64,000 nucleotides of DNA. It comes from an uncultured archaeon (GTDB lineage Archaea; Asgardarchaeota; Lokiarchaeia; Sigyniarchaeales; SOKP01). This document shows, in pieces, positions 39,569-47,781 of this stretch. Each line of letters opens with the position of its first letter. The stretch's first letter is position 1. Both the position numbers and the translations under genes were made by a program. Where the stretch lies: assembly GCA_964508365.1 (NCBI GenBank), contig CAZDTP010000002.1, positions 64,001-128,000 on the forward strand. The letters run 5' to 3'. Under the pieces are notes generated by a model that worked only from the letters and a program-made list of their open reading frames with translations, did no database searches and was not told the origin of the DNA.

Positions 39569-40300
39569 ATGCCAGAAGTATTAGAATTAAAGCCATTAAA
39601 AGATAAGTATCTAAAGCTTATCATGGTAGAAAGTGAGTTTCCAATAGATTGGTGGTTCGAAGTTCCTAAAGAAAAAAAGGAAGATTTGCTATGGTCTTTA
39701 CATCTTATTAGCAAAGAATATCTTCAGCTCGTCGATAATTTAATCGACAAGTATTCACCAGATTTTGCTTTGGAAGAAAAACCCAATTTTTGGAATGACC
39801 CGTTAAATCCTAACGATCCTCTAAAAACCTTATTCCAAAAGAAAGGAATTCGATTTAAACATGCTGATATCTCTGAAAATGCGGAATTTTATCTTTCCGC
39901 CGCATTAGATGAGCATAGAAATATGCTGCAAATACTTGAAGAGCGAATCAGAGAGATAATTACAGAAAAAGGTGTTGTTCCCTCCGAGGATGAACTTTTC
40001 CAACAATTAGTTTTATGGAAGGAATATCTCAAAAATGATTATAACTCACAAGAAGATGAAATTCGATATAAAGTTAGAGAGGCTTGGATGATGATGAATA
40101 TTTTAAACATTGCCAAGGAGATTGAAGGGAAAAAATCAAAGGGGTTATTTATTTGCGATTTAAGGCACTTTGAAGGCCTTGATAAGTTAGCAAACGATTT
40201 AGGCATCGATACAGAACAGATCAAAATCAAAAGAACTATTAAAACCGCAGAAATCGAAAAAGAGTATGAAGAAGAGGTAGTTGTTGAAATATCTAAATAG
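39569..40300 (+). CDS. Hypothetical protein, possibly TraB/TIKI/EreA-like fold
   Basis: SPDFALEE, VREAWMMMNI and LFICDLRHFEGL loosely recall TraB/ChaN motifs. SD AGGAGTGA is present. Confidence 0.6.
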   Translation: MPEVLELKPLKDKYLKLIMVESEFPIDWWFEVPKEKKEDLLWSLHLISKEYLQLVDNLIDKYSPDFALEEKPNFWNDPLNPNDPLKTLFQKKGIRFKHADISENAEFYLSAALDEHRNMLQILEERIREIITEKGVVPSEDELFQQLVLWKEYLKNDYNSQEDEIRYKVREAWMMMNILNIAKEIEGKKSKGLFICDLRHFEGLDKLANDLGIDTEQIKIKRTIKTAEIEKEYEEEVVVEISK

Positions 40301-40351
40301 TTTTTTTAGTTATAATTTCATAGAATTTTATAATTTAATTAATGATGTGAG

Positions 40352-41365
40352 ATGAGAAAAATTACTCAAAATAATGAAATTGGAAATAAAATTGAAAGTA
40401 TTCTTGGTATTAAATCAATAATAGAATTGACGCCAATTAAAATAAAGAAAAAGGATACTTCAGATAAGATTTGTTATTTTTTTGATACGGATGATAACGC
40501 TTCTCCATTTGACATTAACATGGCTTACGACGCTGGTTTTGATATTGTTGTGCCAATAAGTAGAATGACGGCGGATCAAGTTCCTAAACTTGTCCAGGAT
40601 GCTATATTTTCACGTAAACCTAAAGCACCTACAACCTTTTTTATTGGGGGATCTAATGTAGAAGAAGGGGAAAAAATCTCTAAGAAAGTTATTGAATCCT
40701 TAGTACCTCCATTTGAATGTCCTGTAATAATAGATCCAAGGGGTTCTCATACTACTGCTTCTGCAGTTGTAGCTAAGACTTTATACGATGCTAGAAATAT
40801 ATATAAAATTAGTGATTTAAAAGGAGAAAAAGTCGTAATCTATGGGGCAGGCCCAGTTGCCAGAATTGCTGCCATATTAGCCGCAAAAGAAGGTTTGAAT
40901 ACATTTTTAGTTGAAACTTGGGATAAATCGAACGATGTGTTTATAAAAAATCTTGCTAAAGAACTAACCGAAGAAGCTGGTGAGAATGCAACCGAGGTTA
41001 AAGGGATTTTTGCGCCTGAGAAAGAACAAAGATATAATGTTGCTAAAGATGCGTTAATTATTTGGTCTCTAGCTGCTGCTGGTGTTGAAATTTTATCAAG
41101 CGATCTAATGGAAAGGTTAGAAGGTAAGAAAATTGTAGTAGATATCAATTTAGTTCCCCCTTATGGAATTGAAGGAATAAGACCAAAACACGATAATGAA
41201 GAAATATATCCAGGAATTTTTGGAATCGGAGCATTAGCATTAGGTCGTTTAAAAGCAAATTCGGAGGGAGAAATATTAAAGGAAGCAACAAAAACTAAAG
41301 GTACAAAGGTATTTGATTATAACTATGCGTTCGAAGTTGCTAAAAAATTGTTATCTAGAATGTAA
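40352..41365 (+). CDS. mtdB: NAD(P)-dependent methylene-H4MPT dehydrogenase (MtdA/MtdB family)
   Basis: SPFDINMAYDAG, QDAIFSR, FIGG, DPRGSHTTASA, GAGPVARIAA and DINLVPPYGIEGI motifs. Confidence 0.85.
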   Translation: MRKITQNNEIGNKIESILGIKSIIELTPIKIKKKDTSDKICYFFDTDDNASPFDINMAYDAGFDIVVPISRMTADQVPKLVQDAIFSRKPKAPTTFFIGGSNVEEGEKISKKVIESLVPPFECPVIIDPRGSHTTASAVVAKTLYDARNIYKISDLKGEKVVIYGAGPVARIAAILAAKEGLNTFLVETWDKSNDVFIKNLAKELTEEAGENATEVKGIFAPEKEQRYNVAKDALIIWSLAAAGVEILSSDLMERLEGKKIVVDINLVPPYGIEGIRPKHDNEEIYPGIFGIGALALGRLKANSEGEILKEATKTKGTKVFDYNYAFEVAKKLLSRM

Positions 41366-41423
41366 ATTTTAAATTTTTTAAATTTTTTTTATTGATTTAT
41401 TGGTTAGTTTGGAGGGGAATAAA

Positions 41424-43697
41424 ATGGTTGAGAATATTGATGGGATTGTAAGGAAGGTAAGGATTAAAGATGCATTCAAAGAAGACGCAGGGAGAGGTAT
41501 TGTAAGAATAGACCCAGAGATGGTTTCAAATTTAAATCTTAAGGTTGGTGATGTAATTAAAATCATCTATCCTGTGGTAAATAAAAAAACTGTTGCATCT
41601 TTGTCAACAGGAAAAAATGAAGATAAAGGAAAAAAGATTATTCGTATGGATCCCTCCCTAAGACGAAATTTAGGAGCCTCAATTGATGATCTTGTTGAAA
41701 TTAAAAAAATCAGTGTAGATATTGCCAATACAATAACCTTTACGGGGTTAGATAATTCATTAATCCCGCGAGACCCTCAAGCCTTAGCTAGAAAATTAGA
41801 AAATAGGGCAATAACAAAAGGAGATAGCTTAAGCTTCTACGCTATGGCACGCAGAATTGACCTTGTAGTCGTTGATTACACTCCTAATTCTGAAGCGGTT
41901 AAAATTCAACTTGATACAAAAATATTATTTAGTGAAAAATCAACTCAAGAAATTAACGAAATAAAAAAAAAAGAAATAGCATATGAAGGAATTAGTGATT
42001 TAGAACAGAGATTACAAGAAATTCAGGGAAAAATAACATACGAGGATATAGGGGGTTTAGAAGATGCTATTCAAAAGATTAGAGAAATGATTGAACTACC
42101 TATTAGACATCCTGAACTTTTTAAAAGAATTGGAATTGATCCTCCAAAAGGAGTTCTACTTCATGGGGCTCCAGGTACAGGTAAAACATTATTAGCAAAA
42201 GCAGTAGCTTATGAGACTGATGCCTATTTTATAAATATCAGTGGACCTGAAATAATGAGCAAATTTTTTGGTCAAAGTGAAGAAAATCTTAGAAAAAGAT
42301 TTGAAGAAGCAAAAAGTAAGGCCCCCTCTATTATTTTTTTTGATGAATTAGATTCAATTGCTCACAAAAGGGATGAAAATAAAGCTCAAGTAGAATCAAG
42401 AGTTGTGGCTCAACTTTTATCTCTTATGGATGGTTTAGAAGGGAGAGGTGAAGTCATAGTCATTGGTGCAACGAATAAAATAAATAATATTGATTTAGCA
42501 CTAAGAAGACCAGGGCGGTTTGACAGAGAAATTGAAATAAAAGTACCTGATACTAAAGGTCGTTATGAAGTTTTATTGATCCATACTCGAGGAATGCCTC
42601 TAAATGAGGATATTGATCTAAATCTTATCGCTGAAAAAACACATGGTTTTGTTGGTGCGGATATAAAAGCCTTATGCAAAGAGGCAGCTATGCTTGCGAT
42701 AAGGGAGATAATACCTAATATTAACTTAGATAAACCTATACCGGAAGAAATTTTAAACAAATTAATAATCAAAATGAAGCATTTTATTACAGCATTAAAT
42801 AGTATTGAACCCTCTGCATTAAGAGAAGTATTTGTTACGCAACCAACTGAGACCTGGGAAGATATTGGCGGATTAGAAGACGCAAAGCAGCAATTAAGAG
42901 AAATTGTTGAATGGCCATTTAAGTACTCGGGATTCTATAAGCATATGAAATCAAGACCCCCTAATGGAATTTTAGTTTTTGGTCTTCCTGGGACGGGTAA
43001 GACATTAATGGCTAAAGCAGTTGCCCATGAAACCGAAATAAATTTTATTTCAGTAAAGGGTCCTGAATTTCTATCAAAATGGGTTGGCGAAAGTGCTAAA
43101 GCTGTAAGAGAAATATTTCGAAAAGCAAGAACGGCTGCTCCTTGTATTATATTTTTTGACGAAATTGATGCCATCGCAGCAAGAAGATCTACATCTTCAA
43201 GTTCAAGGGTTATTGAACAAGTTGTAGCGCAATTTTTAACAGAAATGGATGGTTTAGAAGAATTAAACGATGTTATTTTAATTGCTGCTACAAATAGACC
43301 CGATATTCTCGATCCTGCCATTCTGCGTTCAGGAAGATTTGGAAGGCATATAGAAGTTCCATTGCCAAATAAACCTTCTCGAATTAAGATATTTAAAATA
43401 CACCTCGCTAATCGTCCGATAGATAATAATATTGATATTGAAAAACTAGCAGAACAGTTAGAAGGAAATACAGGAGCGGATATAGAAGCAATCTGCGAAG
43501 AAGCCACACTTTTGGCCATTCGCAGAGGTGTTTTTGACGATAATATCGATACCCAAAATCCGGATTCATATAAAAAGGTTAAAATTTCTCAACTTGATTT
43601 TGAAAAAGCAATAGAAAAAGTACAATTAGGCGTTAATAAAGCTAAATGGGCTTATAAAGAAAGTATTAAAGAAACAGTCGAAGATATTTACAGATAA
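41424..43697 (+). CDS. cdc48: CDC48/VCP-like AAA+ ATPase
   Basis: N domain, D1 GAPGTGKT / FFDELD / [10 protein letters not shown]2 GLPGTGKT / FFDEID / RSGRFG, and C-terminal IYR. ATG 41424 follows GGAGG. Confidence 0.95.
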   Translation: MVENIDGIVRKVRIKDAFKEDAGRGIVRIDPEMVSNLNLKVGDVIKIIYPVVNKKTVASLSTGKNEDKGKKIIRMDPSLRRNLGASIDDLVEIKKISVDIANTITFTGLDNSLIPRDPQALARKLENRAITKGDSLSFYAMARRIDLVVVDYTPNSEAVKIQLDTKILFSEKSTQEINEIKKKEIAYEGISDLEQRLQEIQGKITYEDIGGLEDAIQKIREMIELPIRHPELFKRIGIDPPKGVLLHGAPGTGKTLLAKAVAYETDAYFINISGPEIMSKFFGQSEENLRKRFEEAKSKAPSIIFFDELDSIAHKRDENKAQVESRVVAQLLSLMDGLEGRGEVIVIGATNKINNIDLALRRPGRFDREIEIKVPDTKGRYEVLLIHTRGMPLNEDIDLNLIAEKTHGFVGADIKALCKEAAMLAIREIIPNINLDKPIPEEILNKLIIKMKHFITALNSIEPSALREVFVTQPTETWEDIGGLEDAKQQLREIVEWPFKYSGFYKHMKSRPPNGILVFGLPGTGKTLMAKAVAHETEINFISVKGPEFLSKWVGESAKAVREIFRKARTAAPCIIFFDEIDAIAARRSTSSSSRVIEQVVAQFLTEMDGLEELNDVILIAATNRPDILDPAILRSGRFGRHIEVPLPNKPSRIKIFKIHLANRPIDNNIDIEKLAEQLEGNTGADIEAICEEATLLAIRRGVFDDNIDTQNPDSYKKVKISQLDFEKAIEKVQLGVNKAKWAYKESIKETVEDIYR

Positions 43698-43731
43698 GAA
43701 AAAATTTAATAAAATTTAAAAGGTGCACATA

Positions 43732-43983
43732 ATGGTGATTTGGTCGGTTAATGAAATAATCAGTTTTGGAGAAAAAATCGTTTTATCTGCTAAAAGCGAA
43801 TTTACATCTGAATTTGCTCGAGGTTGTTTTGAAACTGAGATAATTGAAAAAGAAGCACAAATAAATGAATATTTAAATGCATATAATGCAATTCGTGACA
43901 AAGACTCATTTAATAGACAATATATCGAAACTTTAATATATTTATTAAAATCTGAGATAAAGGGAATCCAAAAAATGTTTTAA
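43732..43983 (+). CDS. Small helical hypothetical protein
   Basis: AGGTG SD then ATG 43732, 34 bp after the cdc48 stop. Confidence 0.6.
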   Translation: MVIWSVNEIISFGEKIVLSAKSEFTSEFARGCFETEIIEKEAQINEYLNAYNAIRDKDSFNRQYIETLIYLLKSEIKGIQKMF

Positions 43984-44079
43984 GAGGATTACCTTAATTT
44001 TTTTAGTATTATTGTTTATTTTAAAAAATTAACTTAAAAAAATAAGAATTTTTTAAAAATTATATTTTAATAATAATAA

Positions 44080-44928
44080 TTAAGCTTCTTTTTCGTGGAG
44101 TTTTCTTTTGGTTAAAAGATGTTGGTTAATATGATGAGGCGTTCTCAATACTGTATCGTTAGATTTTTCTATTTCTCTAGCTTGTATGCATAACTCAGCA
44201 GCAGTTTTCATCATTTCGTGAGATGCAGCTAATAAAGGCATATAATCGGCTCTATCTTTTAAAACAAAGCATGCTCTTCCAGTAATCTTAGAAACTGAAG
44301 CAGCTAATTCAAAAGCTGCAATCGCTTTAGCTTGAGCGTAAGGATTTGAAAAGCCTGCTGCCGCTGTAGCGTTAGTGGCATCAATTTCAATCTGAGGTAA
44401 AGTAGGAGCCTTCCCTTCTAACATATCCATTACAACTTTATTTAATTCGTTAGTTATTATATTAAAAGCACCAGTAATCGTAAGAACTTTTAATAGATCA
44501 GAATTGAAGCAACTCATCTCGATAGGATCTAGAAATGGACGCCTTGCTCCTATCATAGAATCACAACCTACGATAATATAACCCATATTTTTTTCCTTAA
44601 ATTCTTCGATGGCCTTTTTTGCTGGAGCATCAGAGATTACAATCGTAGGAATATTTCCTGCTAATTCTCTTGCTGCTTTAGGTCCTTTTAATGCCGCATT
44701 TGGGCTGGACATCAAGATCAACTCCGGTTCAAATTCCAACAATCGTCGCATCGTTTCTACGCATTCCTCTGGGGGGTTCATCTTCGCTCCCGAAGTAACT
44801 TCTCGCACTTTAATTCGAGTAGCTTCAGCCCTTTCATCCAATAAAAATGCAAGTAATAACGAGGAACCAATTGTCCCGTTCTTTAGAATACCAATCTTTA
44901 AAAAATTTTCTTCACTCATTTTTGACAC
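44080..44928 (-). CDS. mtd: F420-dependent methylene-H4MPT dehydrogenase
   Basis: GTIGSSLLL..LLDERA, SGAKM, SPNAALKGP, MIGARRPFLDPIEMSCFNSD and FSNPYAQAKA motifs. Confidence 0.95.
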   Translation of the reverse strand: MSKMSEENFLKIGILKNGTIGSSLLLAFLLDERAEATRIKVREVTSGAKMNPPEECVETMRRLLEFEPELILMSSPNAALKGPKAARELAGNIPTIVISDAPAKKAIEEFKEKNMGYIIVGCDSMIGARRPFLDPIEMSCFNSDLLKVLTITGAFNIITNELNKVVMDMLEGKAPTLPQIEIDATNATAAAGFSNPYAQAKAIAAFELAASVSKITGRACFVLKDRADYMPLLAASHEMMKTAAELCIQAREIEKSNDTVLRTPHHINQHLLTKRKLHEKEA

Positions 44929-45094
44929 CTTTAAATTTATTGATTATTAAAAAGATTCTACAATGAATTTCTTAAATTGATAATTGATAAAAATTTTTAG
45001 TTTTTATTCTTAAAAATTTTATATATTATTGCGTTCTATTAAAATTTATAATAAATATAGGATTTAGATTACAAAATAGAGATATTGATAAATA

Positions 45095-46006
45095 ATGGAT
45101 ATAAATGGTGTGGAGATTGAAGATACTTTTTGCGAAGCTTTTGGAGCGGTTTTTACCAGAATTTTAGTAACAGCTATAAATGAGAAATGGGTAAAAATCG
45201 CTGGTCAAATCGCAACAGGTTACGGAACATCAACAATCCACTGTGATTCAGAGGCTGGAGTCGATGTATATGTCCCAGCAGACAAAACTCCCGATAATCG
45301 TCCAGGAGTTGCCTTGATGTTCTTTAAAACTAAAAAAGATAAGATGGATCAAGTTTTGCTTAACAGAATAGGGCAATGTATATTAACTTGCCCAACTACA
45401 GCTTGTTTTGACGCTTTAAATATCTCTCTCAACCCAGAAAAAGATTTTGAAATCAAGACGGGATATAAGCTAAAATTTTTTGGAGATAAATTTGAGGAAA
45501 AAATTGAAGGATTCTATCCATTCGAAGCATGGAAAATCCCTGTTATGGATGGGGAATTTAAAGTACAGAGTGTTTTCAAAGTCGGAAAAGGAATCGCTGG
45601 AGGTAATTTCTTGATATATGGTGAAACACAAAAAGCCACATTAGAAGCTGCTGAGAAAGCAATTGAAACGATTAAAGATTTAGAAAATATTATTGCTCCA
45701 TTTCCTGGTGGAATAGCGCGTTCAGGTTCTAAAGTCGGCTCAGTATACAGTTTTTTAAACGCATCAACAAATGATCCCTTATGTCCGACTCTCCGACAGA
45801 AAATTGACAACTCCCTATTAGGAGAAAAAGATAATTGTGTATATGAAATAATACTTGATGGTGCATCCGAGGAAACCATCAAAGAAGCAATGAAATTAGG
45901 TATTCACGCTGCCGTTCAAGTTCCTGGTATTAATAAGATTAGTGCAGGCAATTACGGAGGGAAACTAGGAAAGTTTCAATATCGACTTCACGATGTTTTA
46001 GCTTAA
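45095..46006 (+). CDS. ftr: Formylmethanofuran:H4MPT formyltransferase
   Basis: INGVEIEDTFCEAF, RIGQCILTCPTTA, GIAGGNF, PFPGGIARSGSKVGS and ISAGNYGGKLG motifs. Confidence 0.96.
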   Translation: MDINGVEIEDTFCEAFGAVFTRILVTAINEKWVKIAGQIATGYGTSTIHCDSEAGVDVYVPADKTPDNRPGVALMFFKTKKDKMDQVLLNRIGQCILTCPTTACFDALNISLNPEKDFEIKTGYKLKFFGDKFEEKIEGFYPFEAWKIPVMDGEFKVQSVFKVGKGIAGGNFLIYGETQKATLEAAEKAIETIKDLENIIAPFPGGIARSGSKVGSVYSFLNASTNDPLCPTLRQKIDNSLLGEKDNCVYEIILDGASEETIKEAMKLGIHAAVQVPGINKISAGNYGGKLGKFQYRLHDVLA

Positions 46007-46053
46007 ACACTAATTAAGAAAGAAATTTAAAGTTAAAGATAAGAAATTTTTTT

Positions 46054-47778
46054 CTATTTTAACTTTCTTTTTATTTTTCTTTGTGGTTCCTTAGAGGGTG
46101 GTTCAACTTCTTGTGCTTCAACTTTCTCAATTTCTTCTTCTACGTCTTTTTTTCTTGAAGGAATTGGCTTTAGTTTTTTTGCAGGTTTTTGTGGAGCTGA
46201 TTTTTTAGAAGGTGTTTCTTTCAAATCAACAGATTTAGTTTTAAATTTCTTGTATAATATACCCACTCCTGCTAACACGCCAAGTATAATTCCAATGAAA
46301 AAACTAATCCAAGGCAGAATAGGTGATAATAAATCAGGCAGTATATTGATTTCTTGGGGTGCTAAGCCAAAATCTGAATTAAGGTATGTTGTAGCGTCAT
46401 CAATATCAGTTACGGAGATGTAAGCATACCAAATACCAGTGATTAGTTCCTCAGTACGAATTGTTATACTCATACCAGGCGTATAAGCTCTTGTAATATT
46501 ATACCAATTGTATTCAGCGTCTAATAGTGCTACTGTAATATAAGCAATTGTGTCTTCAACATCGATAACATCAAACCTAAAAATTAAATCTTTACCATAA
46601 TTCACAGTTATACTTTGGTTCATGCTCAATCCGTTTACAGAATAGCTTAAAATATTGGGAGGATTATTTTTAATGGTTATAGATGTAATATAGGAGCCTA
46701 TTCCATCATATTGGTCTTCAACTTCGATATGTATCTGATATATGCCTACGGGTTTGTCAGTAGCTACCGAAAAAGTGGTTGAGAAAGTCCAGTTATCATG
46801 GTTTGTTAATTCAATTGGAGCTAACATTTCCCCAGTAGATGTTTGGATTACCATGGAAACGGTTAGATTTTCGGGAAGTGTATTTAGATCTTGGTCTGTT
46901 GCATTTAATATTACTCTGCAATCTTCTGCTCTTTTTAAGGGATCTTTAGAAAATTTAACTGAAGGCACTGAAATTTCAGGTAAAGTATTCAAAACTCTAA
47001 AAGGTAGATACGCAGCTTCTATAGTTCCGTTTGTAACATCAGTCATGTTAAGTTTAATATAATAGATTTTATTTGAGAATTCAAATCTATCATCAATGAG
47101 AATAGAGGTTTGGAAAAGGTTATTACCAATGTCAAATAGATTGTTTTGTAAAGTCTCGTTATCATTGTCAACTATCGACACATTCCAATTAAAAACATAC
47201 GGTTGAGGGCAATTACATACAACAAATTCAGCATAAAGCGTATCACCCTTATTATATTCTGATTTGTTAAGGGATATGAAATAATTAGTCGTAATTGTAA
47301 AGTTAGTTATTGGGATTGAGGAACTAAGAAGATAATTTGATACATCATATATTAGAAAGCTTACATTTTGAAACCCTAATGGAGCGTTATATTCCGGTTT
47401 AAAAGTATAAGTAAAATTTTCAGTTGCAGGAACATTTGTCATATTAAAATCTCCTATTAATCCGTTTGAATAATGAATCTGCATGATAGTATAATCAGGG
47501 TTAGCAAAATTTGAAGCGTTTATGTTAAATTTAACAGATTCGAATAATCTATAAATTATCGATGCGTTTTGTGACACAGACGAGTAATCTAAAGGAGGTT
47601 TCCCGTTTGCAGCGGTTTTCACTTCAGGATCGTTCTTAAAATCTACTAAAAATTTATCGTTGTCTAATGTTGTGATGTTGCCTACATTAAATGAAATAGC
47701 CCAGATACTCAGAATTATTGAGAATAGAGCAAGAGCAAATATTATATTTTTAAAAAATCGCTTTCGTTTAATCATCAT
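46054..47778 (-). CDS. Cell-surface protein with N-terminal signal/anchor, several Ig-like beta domains, C-terminal TM and Lys/Glu-rich tail
   Basis: Hydrophobic ends, repeated beta patterns (NTLPEI..., NNPPNI..., VTDIDDAT) and many N-x-S/T sequons. Confidence 0.7.
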   Translation of the reverse strand: MMIKRKRFFKNIIFALALFSIILSIWAISFNVGNITTLDNDKFLVDFKNDPEVKTAANGKPPLDYSSVSQNASIIYRLFESVKFNINASNFANPDYTIMQIHYSNGLIGDFNMTNVPATENFTYTFKPEYNAPLGFQNVSFLIYDVSNYLLSSSIPITNFTITTNYFISLNKSEYNKGDTLYAEFVVCNCPQPYVFNWNVSIVDNDNETLQNNLFDIGNNLFQTSILIDDRFEFSNKIYYIKLNMTDVTNGTIEAAYLPFRVLNTLPEISVPSVKFSKDPLKRAEDCRVILNATDQDLNTLPENLTVSMVIQTSTGEMLAPIELTNHDNWTFSTTFSVATDKPVGIYQIHIEVEDQYDGIGSYITSITIKNNPPNILSYSVNGLSMNQSITVNYGKDLIFRFDVIDVEDTIAYITVALLDAEYNWYNITRAYTPGMSITIRTEELITGIWYAYISVTDIDDATTYLNSDFGLAPQEINILPDLLSPILPWISFFIGIILGVLAGVGILYKKFKTKSVDLKETPSKKSAPQKPAKKLKPIPSRKKDVEEEIEKVEAQEVEPPSKEPQRKIKRKLK

Positions 47779-47781
47779 TCA

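Noticed and set aside
21755-46006. mch, ftr and mtd as evidence of methanogenesis
   Set aside because: No mcr or mtr genes are in the window, and these enzymes are standard in the Asgard Wood-Ljungdahl methyl branch.
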